Shown here: one piece after another, positions 20,083 through 28,998 of the stretch | Layout of the letters: each line of letters begins with the position of its first letter | Numbering within the stretch: the first letter of the stretch is position 1 | Assembly (NCBI RefSeq): GCF_000196355.1 | Contig: NC_007614.1 | Span: 2,250,001-2,282,000 of the forward strand | Length of the DNA: 32,000 bases | Source of the DNA: Nitrosospira multiformis ATCC 25196 | GTDB lineage: Bacteria > Pseudomonadota > Gammaproteobacteria > Burkholderiales > Nitrosomonadaceae | Reading direction: 5' to 3' | Notes under the pieces: generated by a model | Told to the model about the DNA's origin: nothing | Databases searched by the model: none | What the model saw: only the letters and a program-made list of their open reading frames with translations | Program-made: the position numbers and the translations under genes

Positions 20083-20769
20083 TCAATCCACGATTTTTCC
20101 TCCGGCAAGCCGTATTCTCCCTGCACAACGGCTGGAGATGGCTTCATCGTGTGTTACCAGAATGAGCGTTGTCCCACGCTCGCGGTTCAGTTCAAACATG
20201 AGCTCTATGATTTGGGCGCCCGTCGCAGAATCAAGGTTGCCTGTCGGTTCATCCGCCAATACCAGTCGAGGTTGGGTAACAAAGGCGCGCGCAATAGCGA
20301 CGCGTTGCTGCTCTCCTCCTGAGAGCTGGCGCGGATAATGCCTTAGACGCTGTCCAAGCCCCACTCGTTCAAGCAATTCGCGCGAGGCGCTGCCGGCATC
20401 CGACATATTCGCAAGTTCCAGGGGCAACATCACGTTTTCCATCGCAGTGAGCGCCGGCAACAGTTGAAATGACTGGAAGACAAATCCCAGCATACGTCCG
20501 CGAAGTGCCGCCCGCGCATCCTCGTCCAACAGAAAAATATCCTCGCCATCAAGATGAACCTTACCGCTCGAAGGCGTATCTAATCCTGCTAACAACCCCA
20601 GCAATGTCGACTTTCCTGAACCCGACGCTCCTACTACGGCGACGGAATCGCCAGCATTGATGCTTAAATTGATGTTCTCCAGAATGGTGAGTTGTTCGTC
20701 GCCGGTATTCACTTGCTTGGTCAATCCAATCGCCTGCACGATGGGCCGTACTACAACATTATCTGTCAT
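20083..20769 (-). CDS. LolD/YbbA-type ABC transporter ATP-binding protein
   Basis: Walker A VGASGSGKS, signature LSGGEQQRVAIARAF and Walker B LVLADEPTGNLD. Confidence 0.93.
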   Translation of the reverse strand: MTDNVVVRPIVQAIGLTKQVNTGDEQLTILENINLSINAGDSVAVVGASGSGKSTLLGLLAGLDTPSSGKVHLDGEDIFLLDEDARAALRGRMLGFVFQSFQLLPALTAMENVMLPLELANMSDAGSASRELLERVGLGQRLRHYPRQLSGGEQQRVAIARAFVTQPRLVLADEPTGNLDSATGAQIIELMFELNRERGTTLILVTHDEAISSRCAGRIRLAGGKIVD

Positions 20770-21460
20770 GAAAAATTTCCTGGTTATTCTCTATCTGATA
20801 TCGGCATTCTTTACCCCCACTTTGGGCGCAACCGTGGGGCCGGCGCCCGCGCCCGCCTCCGGAGCCACGACCGTTATGGTATTCGGCGACAGTTTATCTG
20901 CCGGTTATGGCTTGCCTCCGGATGCAGGCTGGGTCAACCTGCTCAAGAACCGGCTGCAAGCACAATCACAGACATATCTGATCAATAACAGCATCAGTGG
21001 CGAGACCGCATGGGGAGGACGCAACCGGATCGAGAAAGCGCTCAAGACCCATCGTCCTGACATCGTCATTGTCGAGTTGGGAGGTAATGACGGACTGAGA
21101 GGAGCGTCCATCGGATCCATCCGGGACAATCTCGAAGCCATCATTGAAGCCTGCAAGCGGAACAATGCCACTGTACTGTTGGCCGGAATGCAATTGCCGC
21201 CAAATTATGGCATAACATATACTCAAAAGTTTCAGGATATTTACCCTCAACTCGCCAAACGCCACGACATCAAACTCGTGCCGTTTCTCCTGGATGGCTT
21301 CGGTAACAAACGCGAATTTTTTCAGGCAGATGGAATACATCCCACCGCTCGGGCCCAGGAAAAAATCGTGGAAAACGTCTGGAAAGTGTTGAGAACGATG
21401 CTCGAGGCTCCCCAGAAATCTTCACCACCGCTTGCTTACGACTCTCCGGAGACGCGGTGA
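20768..21460 (+). CDS. tesA: TesA-like arylesterase / lysophospholipase L1 (SGNH hydrolase)
   Basis: Signal peptide MKNFLVILYLISAFFTPTLGA, VMVFGDSLSAGYGL (block I), ELGGNDGLRG, and DGIHPTARAQ catalytic Asp/His. Confidence 0.9.
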   Translation: MKNFLVILYLISAFFTPTLGATVGPAPAPASGATTVMVFGDSLSAGYGLPPDAGWVNLLKNRLQAQSQTYLINNSISGETAWGGRNRIEKALKTHRPDIVIVELGGNDGLRGASIGSIRDNLEAIIEACKRNNATVLLAGMQLPPNYGITYTQKFQDIYPQLAKRHDIKLVPFLLDGFGNKREFFQADGIHPTARAQEKIVENVWKVLRTMLEAPQKSSPPLAYDSPETR

Positions 21461-21612
21461 AGCCATACAGGCTGGAATGAGCTTGCCTGCGGGATTTGTC
21501 ACTATCCAGAAATTGAGGTAATGTAATCTCGGCCTTATGAGAAATAGCATGATGGGAGAGAACCCGGAGAGCAATATTTGGTGAGTTCGCGCTGCGGATA
21601 TGAATAAAGAAA

Positions 21613-22113
21613 ATGATCGGTAGCTACAGGCATATTCTGCTGGCAGTGGACTTTTCGGAGCACGGAAATCACGTTATCCGAAAAGCAAGGTATCTGGCGG
21701 AAACATTTCAGGCAAAGCTCAGCATCATTCATGTGCTTGATAACATTCCCATGCCTGATATGGCATATGGAACCATTGTCCCCCTCGAGGAATATTCAGC
21801 TTACGAGTTGCTGGAAGCGGAAAAAAAGAAGCTGGAACAAGTGGCTGACCGTTTGGGAGTGGACGTCCGGCAGCGCTGGCTGGTATGGGGCGTGCCCGCA
21901 CAGGAAATAGTTCGCGTAGCAGAGCAGGAACAGGTCGACCTCATCGTTGTCGGCTCGCATGGGCGCCACGGCCTTGCACTACTGCTGGGATCGACAGCAA
22001 ACAGCGTTCTCCATCATGCGAAATGCGATGTTATCGCCATTCGCCTGCAGGATGAGGTAACGAGCGACGAATCGATACTGGAGAGATCAGCGCTCGATCC
22101 CTTGGCGTCCTAG
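21613..22113 (+). CDS. Universal stress protein (UspA family)
   Basis: YRHILLAVDFSEHG start and ATP-binding type GSHGRHGLALLLGSTANSVLHHAKCDVIAIR. Confidence 0.9.
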   Translation: MIGSYRHILLAVDFSEHGNHVIRKARYLAETFQAKLSIIHVLDNIPMPDMAYGTIVPLEEYSAYELLEAEKKKLEQVADRLGVDVRQRWLVWGVPAQEIVRVAEQEQVDLIVVGSHGRHGLALLLGSTANSVLHHAKCDVIAIRLQDEVTSDESILERSALDPLAS

Positions 22114-22171
22114 TCTGGCCTCCGTTTTGCAATCCAGTCGCTCCACAGCTTCAGCCGGAGCATTGCTGGCA

Positions 22172-22972
22172 TCACCAGAATTTCCACCAGGGCTCGCCGT
22201 TGGTCCCCGTCGAGTCGGATAGAAAACGGCTGTTTGGAAAGTTTTTTCTCATGACACGATCGGCATCATCGCGCAAATCAGTCATGCCCAAGGCGTCGTA
22301 GGCCTTCACCATGATGAACAAGGCCTCTTCCGTCGCCGGGGTTTGCGGATATTCCTTCAAGGCATATTGGGCGCGGTTGGCTGCGGCAACATACCCTCCC
22401 CGTTTCATATAGTAGCGCGCCACCTGTATTTCATTCAGCGCTACGACGTTGACCAGATGCTTCATGCGTTGCACTGCATCGGGCGCGTACTTGCTCTTGG
22501 GAAAACGGTTCACCAGCTCCTTGAAATTTTCAAATGATTCGTGCGATGCCTTGGGATCGCGCTCGCTCATGTCCTGGTTGAGAATCTTTTCCGTGACGAT
22601 GCCCATCAACCCCAGGTCATCGTTGAAATTCGCCAGACCCTTCAGGTAATACGCATAATCCACATTGGGATGGTTTGGATGAAGCTTGATGAAACGATCG
22701 GCAGCCGCAATCGCCAGCGCCTGCTCGCCATCCTTGTAATGCGCATAGCCGATTTCCAGCTGCGCCTGCTGCGCATAGCGCCCGTAAGGGTAGCGCGCTT
22801 CCAGCGCTTCAAAAAGTTTGATGGCGGCAGCATAATTGCCATCGTTCAATTCCGATTTTGCCTCGGTATAGTATTTACTCGCCGACCACGCCTTGGTGTC
22901 CTCCATTTCCTTGGGAAACAGGCCGCATGCCGATAGCAGCAATGCGAGAAATAAAGCTACACTACGTAACAT
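22172..22972 (-). CDS. bamD: Outer membrane assembly lipoprotein BamD
   Basis: Lipobox LLLSACG, YAAAIKLFEALEARYPYGRYAQQAQLEIGYAHYKDGE and RFPKSKYAPDAVQRM TPRs; divergent from rluD as in many Proteobacteria. Confidence 0.93.
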   Translation of the reverse strand: MLRSVALFLALLLSACGLFPKEMEDTKAWSASKYYTEAKSELNDGNYAAAIKLFEALEARYPYGRYAQQAQLEIGYAHYKDGEQALAIAAADRFIKLHPNHPNVDYAYYLKGLANFNDDLGLMGIVTEKILNQDMSERDPKASHESFENFKELVNRFPKSKYAPDAVQRMKHLVNVVALNEIQVARYYMKRGGYVAAANRAQYALKEYPQTPATEEALFIMVKAYDALGMTDLRDDADRVMRKNFPNSRFLSDSTGTNGEPWWKFW

Positions 22973-24026
22973 GATGAATTCAGTGCCAGGAAAAAGGAAT
23001 AACCATTATAGCCCAAAGCCTATAGTGCCCGAACCAGCGCATCCGGCGCCCGAGCCGCCGGGGAGGGTTGTGGAACTGATCATTCCCGACCATTGCGCCG
23101 GCCTCCGGCTGGATCAGGCCCTGGCGCAACTATTGGCCGAATGGTCTCGCAGCCGGCTGCAATCTTGGATTCTGGAAAAGAGGGTAAGCGTAGATGGCGC
23201 ATGCAGCCTTCCCCGGCAGAAAGTGTGGGGTGGGGAAAAGATCGTACTCTCTCCCGCACGCGATCCTGCTGAAACTGCGCATGAGCCGGAAGCCATTGCG
23301 CTGGATATTGTCCATGAAGATCACGCCATCATTATCATCGATAAGCCCGCGGGGCTCGTCGTCCATCCCGGCAGCGGAAACTGGCAGGGCACCCTGCTCA
23401 ATGCATTGCTGCACCATTCCCCTCAATTAAGCGGCATACCGCGCTCCGGTATCGTTCACCGTCTGGACAAGGAAACCAGCGGTCTCCTGGTAGTGGCAAA
23501 AACCCTGGAAGCCCAAACCAGCCTGGTGCGCCAGTTGCAAAAGCGCACGGTCAAACGGGAGTATCTGGCGCTGGTCTGGGGCAGCGTTTCCTCCCACGGA
23601 AGGGTTGACGCTCCGGTCGGCCGCCATCCGGTACAGCGGACCAGAATGGCAGTAGTCGCGAGTGGCAAGGAAGCGCGCACACGTTACGAGGTATTGGAGC
23701 AATTCACCGATTGCACCTTGCTCCGGTGCGGACTGGAGACAGGGCGCACCCATCAGATACGCGTGCACATGCAGTCTCTCGGCCATCCCCTGGTGGGAGA
23801 TCCGTTGTATGGCGGCAAAGCAAAAAAAGGCAGCAGTGCGACGATGCAGTTGGCTGCTTTTCCCCGGCAGGCGTTGCATGCCCACAAGCTGGAATTGACG
23901 CATCCGCAGAACGGCCAGAGAATGGGATGGGAAGCGCCATTGCCGGAAGACATGAGCAACCTGCTGCTGATGCTTCAGAAAGCGCGTGATAAAGAATCCC
24001 ATGCAATTCCAGCCATGATCAAATGA
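22971..24026 (+). CDS. rluD: 23S rRNA pseudouridine synthase, RluD family
   Basis: S4-like LRLDQALAQLLAEWSRSRLQSWI and catalytic GIVHRLDKETSGLLVVAKT. Confidence 0.92.
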   Translation: MMNSVPGKRNNHYSPKPIVPEPAHPAPEPPGRVVELIIPDHCAGLRLDQALAQLLAEWSRSRLQSWILEKRVSVDGACSLPRQKVWGGEKIVLSPARDPAETAHEPEAIALDIVHEDHAIIIIDKPAGLVVHPGSGNWQGTLLNALLHHSPQLSGIPRSGIVHRLDKETSGLLVVAKTLEAQTSLVRQLQKRTVKREYLALVWGSVSSHGRVDAPVGRHPVQRTRMAVVASGKEARTRYEVLEQFTDCTLLRCGLETGRTHQIRVHMQSLGHPLVGDPLYGGKAKKGSSATMQLAAFPRQALHAHKLELTHPQNGQRMGWEAPLPEDMSNLLLMLQKARDKESHAIPAMIK

Positions 24027-24757
24027 ACGACTGGATCACTCCCGACTGGCCGGCCCCGCCCAATGTCAAGGCATTGTTCACTACACGCAACGGTGGAGTG
24101 AGTCAGAGCCCCTATGCCAGCCTTAACCTGGGCGGCCATGTAGGCGACGACACGGGAGCGGTCGAACAAAACCGCGCTCTGCTGCGGCGGTGTTTACCCG
24201 CCGACCCCCGGTGGCTGAACCAGGTGCATGGCACAAGCACGATCGGTATCGACCGCAACGACTGCACGTCCACATCCTGCGGGGATGCCGCATTCAGTCA
24301 GCGCGCCGCCCATATCTGCGCGATTCTTGTAGCCGACTGTCTGCCCATATTGTTGTGCGACCGCGGAGGAACCACAGTAGGCGCGCTTCATGGCGGATGG
24401 CGCGGATTGGCCGGAGGAATCGTGGAACAGGCCATATCTGCGATGGGAACAGATCCGGCTTCTCTTATGGCCTGGCTCGGCCCGGCAATCGGTCCGGGAT
24501 ATTTCGAGGTCGGGGAGGAAGTACGACAGGCTTTTATCCAGCGCGATGAAGAAGCCGCCCTCGCCTTCCGCCCGGGTCCCCATAAGGGGAAATGGTATGC
24601 CGACCTTTTCCTGCTGGCGCGGCAGCAGTTGAAGAATGCCGGCATTCCCGCGGTATATGGCGGAGGGGAATGTACTTTCAGCGATCCCGCGAGGTTTTTT
24701 TCTTATCGGCGCGATGGCAGCACAGGACGTATGGCCGCCTTGATCTGGCTAACATAA
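24023..24757 (+). CDS. pgeF: YfiH/PgeF multicopper-like (purine nucleoside phosphorylase/polyphenol oxidase) protein
   Basis: LNQVHGTSTI, VADCLPILLCDRGGTTVGALHGGWRGLAGGI, GPAIGPGYFEVGEEV; ATGA overlap with rluD. Confidence 0.9.
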   Translation: MNDWITPDWPAPPNVKALFTTRNGGVSQSPYASLNLGGHVGDDTGAVEQNRALLRRCLPADPRWLNQVHGTSTIGIDRNDCTSTSCGDAAFSQRAAHICAILVADCLPILLCDRGGTTVGALHGGWRGLAGGIVEQAISAMGTDPASLMAWLGPAIGPGYFEVGEEVRQAFIQRDEEAALAFRPGPHKGKWYADLFLLARQQLKNAGIPAVYGGGECTFSDPARFFSYRRDGSTGRMAALIWLT

Positions 24758-24897
24758 ATCGCCCGGTACAGCAGCGATAACGGCGATAAATATTCCGGTT
24801 GGAAGGGTCTTGCGACCGGATCCACTCCGCCGTCACCGTAATTTGGGCGCAACAGCGTATAATCGCGCCTTTTCCCGCCAGTATCTCAATAGCATCC

Positions 24898-25695
24898 ATG
24901 TCGACCTTTGCCTGGATCATCGTCACCAGCCTGTTCGGGGGTATCCTGAGCGTACTGTTCGCTGCCGTGCTGACGCTCAACACACGCACCTCCTGGGTTC
25001 AGATATTGATCTCGTATGCCATCGGGGCGCTATTGGGAGCCGCTTTCCTCAACGCCCTACCGGAAGCGCTCGAACTTTCTAAAAACCCGGGGCAAATGAC
25101 GGCTACGGTGCTGTTCGGCATCCTGCTATTCTTCATTCTGGAAAAACTAGTATTGTGGCGTCACTGCCATTCCCAAGAATGTGAAGTTCATGATCCCACC
25201 CGCAGCGTAATCGCCACCGGAACACATCAGCATGACTATGGCCGCAGCGGCATGATGATCATGCTGGGTGACACGTTTCACAATTTCGTCGACGGCATAC
25301 TGATTGCTGCCGCCTTCATGGCCGACATACAGTTGGGTATTGTCACCGCCATTGCCATCATTGCCCATGAAATTCCCCAGGAAGCCAGCGATTTTCTGAT
25401 ACTGCTCAATTCCGGGTATACCCGAAAACAAGCACTGCTTTTCAATCTGCTGTCCAGCGCGGCCACCCTGCTTGGGAGCATGGCGGCCTACTTCATGTTG
25501 CAGGACATGCGGCACCTGATCCCATCGCTGCTGGGCCTCGCAGCGGCGGCCATGATTTACGTGGCAATGTCGGATCTCATACCGGGCTTGCACAGGCGCC
25601 CCGAAATCGACGCGACCATCAAGCAGGTTGCCCTCATCACGCTCGGGATCAGCTCAATCTGGCTAGCTGGAAACCTGTTTGCTCATCATGCGTGA
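24898..25695 (+). CDS. ZIP-family metal transporter
   Basis: Multi-TM protein with GDTFHNFVDGILIAAAF and AHEIPQEASDF metal-site helices; start set at MSTFAWII rather than the longer ORF start at 24799. Confidence 0.9.
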   Translation: MSTFAWIIVTSLFGGILSVLFAAVLTLNTRTSWVQILISYAIGALLGAAFLNALPEALELSKNPGQMTATVLFGILLFFILEKLVLWRHCHSQECEVHDPTRSVIATGTHQHDYGRSGMMIMLGDTFHNFVDGILIAAAFMADIQLGIVTAIAIIAHEIPQEASDFLILLNSGYTRKQALLFNLLSSAATLLGSMAAYFMLQDMRHLIPSLLGLAAAAMIYVAMSDLIPGLHRRPEIDATIKQVALITLGISSIWLAGNLFAHHA

Positions 25696-25846
25696 GCTTC
25701 ATTTGCTCAAGCCGTTCTCACCCTCAAAAATCCTGAAGCGTTTTCCCGCCTTCCGGGGAATCCTCAGCCGGATATTTTGTCTCTGCAAAAACACATCATT
25801 CTTCTCACTCTGACTTTCCTTCGAGGAAAGCGATATTACAAATCAA

Positions 25847-27193
25847 ATGGCATCTCTGAAACAGCAGACTCCCCGTATCGGCTTTGTCTCCCTCGGTTGC
25901 CCGAAGGCCTTGGTAGATTCCGAGCAGATCCTTACCCAGCTTCGTGCCGAAGGTTATGAAACTTCCTCTACCTATGAGGATGCGGACCTTGTAGTCGTCA
26001 ATACCTGCGGTTTTATCGATAGCGCAGTGGAAGAGTCACTCGACGCTATCGGCGAGGCGCTGGCGGAAAACGGCAAGGTGATCGTCACCGGTTGCCTTGG
26101 AGCAAAAGAAGGCGGGGACGTGGTCAAGCAAGCCCATCCACAAGTACTGGCGGTGACAGGACCCCACGCCCTGCCCGAAGTAATGGCTGCGGTCCACATG
26201 CATCTGCCCCAGCCGCACGATCCCTATACCAGTCTCATTCCTCCACAAGGCATAAAGCTGACGCCCCGGCATTACGCTTATCTCAAGATCTCCGAAGGTT
26301 GCAATCACCGCTGTACCTTCTGCATCATCCCTTCGATGCGCGGCGACCTCGTCAGTCGCCCCATCCATCAGGTGATGGAGGAAGCGGAAAACCTGGTGAA
26401 CGCAGGGGTCAGGGAATTGCTCGTCATTTCGCAGGATACGAGCGCTTATGGGGTAGACGTCAAATACCGCACCGGTTTCTGGCAAGGCAGGCCGCTGAAA
26501 ACGCGGATGACCGACTTGGCGCGCTCGCTCGGCGAATTGGGAGTATGGGTTCGCCTCCATTATGTTTACCCTTACCCGCATGTCGATGAAGTGATTCCGC
26601 TCATGGCCGAGGGGAAAATTCTTCCATATCTCGATGTACCGTTTCAGCACGCTAGTCCCCGTATCTTGAAGGCAATGAAACGTCCGGCCAACTCCGAAAA
26701 CAATCTTTCCCGCATTCGGCGATGGCGTGAAGTCTGTCCGGATATCACCCTGCGCAGTACCTTCATTGTCGGCTTTCCCGGAGAAACAGAGGCGGAATTC
26801 GAACAACTCCTGGAGTTTCTCGAGGAAGCGCAACTCGATCGTGTTGGCTGCTTTGCCTATTCACCTGTCGAGGGTGCGGCGGCGAACGCTCTTCCCGATC
26901 CCGTGCCGGAAGAGGTGAAAGAAGAGCGACGGGCGTGTTTCATGGCAATACAGGAAAAAATCAGTGCTGAACGCCTGGCCCGCAAAATCGGCAAACGCAT
27001 GATTGTCCTGATAGACGACGTAAGCAAAAACAAGGCTGTCGCCCGTAGTACTGCCGACGCTCCGGAAATCGATGGCCTGGTTTATATCGGCAAGGCAAAA
27101 AACGTAAAACCGGGTGAATTTATTGAAGTTGAAATTATCCGCTCCGACCCCCACGATCTGCACGCTCGACAGGTCAGCGACAACCGAACGTAA
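25847..27193 (+). CDS. rimO: Ribosomal protein S12 methylthiotransferase
   Basis: [18 protein letters not shown]-terminus, radical [20 protein letters not shown] (CxxxCxxC) and TRAM-like C-terminus. Confidence 0.96.
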
Positions 27194-27223
27194 GGGATCC
27201 TGAGTAGCTATCGGAGCTATCGG

Positions 27224-27251
27224 TTGACATGCTCAGTATTAGGGCGATAAT
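27224..27251 (+). promoter_or_regulatory. Strong sigma70-like promoter for the cytochrome gene
   Basis: TTGACA (27224-27229), 16 nt spacer, GATAAT (27246-27251), about 78 nt upstream of the start codon. Confidence 0.7.
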
Positions 27252-27328
27252 CCCGGTAAAAGCTGATTGCAGGAGTCATGACGCGCTAATAAGTGAGTGA
27301 GTAGAAACCGAACGGACGGGAGATCAAG

Positions 27329-27817
27329 TTGAAAAAGATTTTGGCTGTTTTTACTGCTCTGCTGGCTTTTATAGCCGCTACTGCCATCGCCAGTGAAATC
27401 GATAAACGTCAAGTCCTCACGCTGAATGAGCCTCAGCGCGATCACATATTAAAGGAAATGCGCGCCCTGCTATCAGGAACTCAGCGCATTCTCGAGGCTC
27501 TGTCCAAGGAAGACATGGTGGCGGTAGCAGAGCATGCTCGTGCGCTGGGTATGGGTATGGCGCATAAGGGTGAAAATCATCTCCAATCGGTGCTGCCCAA
27601 GGAATTCATGCAGCTCGGCATGTCTGTGCACAAGGCGTTCGACGAAATCGCCGCTGATGCCGAGTCCCGGAAAGACCCCCGGCATACCTTGCGGCAATTG
27701 AGCGAATCGATGATGAAGTGTTCCACTTGCCATGTCACTTACCAGATTCGCGTCAGAGAGGAGTCAAATATTCCGTCAGGCGGTCCAGCGGCAGAACATT
27801 TTCACGACCACCATTAG
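27329..27817 (+). CDS. Exported monoheme cytochrome c'-like / four-helix-bundle cytochrome
   Basis: TTG start after GGGAG; signal peptide MKKILAVFTALLAFIAATAIASE; helical body and C-terminal heme motif MKCSTCHVTYQIR. Confidence 0.8.
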   Translation: MKKILAVFTALLAFIAATAIASEIDKRQVLTLNEPQRDHILKEMRALLSGTQRILEALSKEDMVAVAEHARALGMGMAHKGENHLQSVLPKEFMQLGMSVHKAFDEIAADAESRKDPRHTLRQLSESMMKCSTCHVTYQIRVREESNIPSGGPAAEHFHDHH

Positions 27818-28277
27818 CCCTGAGAAGCGCGGTGAACAAAACCTTCGTAGGCACCCCGGAGGATTATTCAGCAGTCCCAAGTTACTTTGCGATATCCTGC
27901 GCTGCAGTACACCCGCTCTTCATAATGAGGAGGCATCTTCGAGAATGGCAATATCTTCGAGAGGATTACTGCGGATGGCATGATATCGACGTAGCAGGAT
28001 TTTTCGGGGAGTCCAGCTTTGCCGGATAGTCCTCACGCTTCGATACAAACGAAGCGTTCAATTTGACCCCCTCCCATCAACGCAACCAGCGCCTCGAACT
28101 AGCATAGCAAACCAAGCGAGCTACGTAGAATTGGAACAGGCGACAGGAAAATTCGGTGAAGAAGCGGAAGTAACGAAATATCGAATGATGATCCGCGTTT
28201 TGCTTCACCCTATCCTTCATGAACAGGATAAACCTACCGTCCGACAGCAGGAAAGCGGTCGCCTCCGAATCCATCCG

Positions 28278-28311
28278 ATCGGGGGTAATAAGGAATCGGG
28301 GGTAATAAGGA
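28278..28311 (+). repeat. Perfect 17-bp tandem duplication (ATCGGGGGTAATAAGGA x2)
   Basis: 28278-28294 and 28295-28311 are identical and directly adjacent. Confidence 0.95.
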
Positions 28312-28317
28312 AAAAAT

Positions 28318-28371
28318 AATCAGAATCAGAGCCGTATTCCAGCTTCAGAAGATACTGCTCCGATCCTGATT
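28318..28371. repeat. Imperfect 21-bp inverted repeat / hairpin
   Basis: AATCAGAATCAGAGCCGTATT (28318-28338) against GATACTGCTCCGATCCTGATT (28351-28371), 17 Watson-Crick pairs plus one wobble, 12 nt loop. Confidence 0.75.
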
Positions 28372-28895
28372 TGCTATTTATTATTATTGTCGTAGTTATT
28401 GTTATTACTGCCTCCCCTCCTCTGTATTTATCTATCACTCAGCTTCGAGAAATCTGCCGAGGACGAGGCGTATACTGCCCACTTCGCTTCTTGTCTCTCG
28501 TCGCCTGAAGTTGATCAGGCACTTGAAGCTATGGAGCAGGTTCAGTACGCCTGTTATTAAAAGGGAGCTAACAGTATAATAAGCAAATGCCGTGCCAGTT
28601 ATTTTAACATTTTAAAAACAATTGTTTATCCGTAACTCCCCTATTTAAAGGCGTACAAGTGTAAGAAATTCCGTCAAATAGTGGGTCCATCTGGCCATGC
28701 CGTCTGGCAAAATCGAAAAAAAACCGCAGCTTCCCTTCAAGCTTTCGCTGGAGACATTTCATTCATTTTCCCTTCCATGAACTTCGCCATTTCTCTTTCT
28801 GCTTCTGTTCGCCTCTCGCTTGCCCGAGAAGCCTGAATGCGTTTTACTAGGAGAATGGGTGGGATTGCAGTCGAACTGTTCAGCTATACTCTATA

Positions 28896-28975
28896 GGGAC
28901 AAGCTGTCCCACGAGGAATAAAGCAACCAATACCGGGATAAGCTGACACCAAGAAGAGCGGAAAAGCTTATCCCG
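28896..28975 (+). promoter_or_regulatory. Leader region with three GGGAYAAGCT motifs and two hairpins
   Basis: GGGACAAGCT at 28896-28905 (within GGGACA-AGC-TGTCCC, 28896-28910), GGGATAAGCT at 28935-28944 and its inverse AGCTTATCCC at 28965-28974; 24 bp upstream of the MCE operon start. Confidence 0.6.
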
Positions 28976-28998
28976 ACAAGCGTTTCCTGAGGATAATT

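Noticed and set aside
24858-24863. TATAAT upstream of the ZIP transporter gene as a promoter
   Set aside because: The -10 is perfect but no convincing -35 at 16-19 nt, so not listed as a feature.
28380-28410. TTATTATTATTGTCGTAGTTATTGTTATT as a possible CRISPR or microsatellite
   Set aside because: Too short and irregular; no spacer/repeat periodicity. No CRISPR array was seen anywhere in the window.
28077-28438. Small ORFs (60-73 aa) on both strands in the gap before the MCE operon
   Set aside because: Overlap repeats and one another, and encode no recognisable motif; treated as non-coding.
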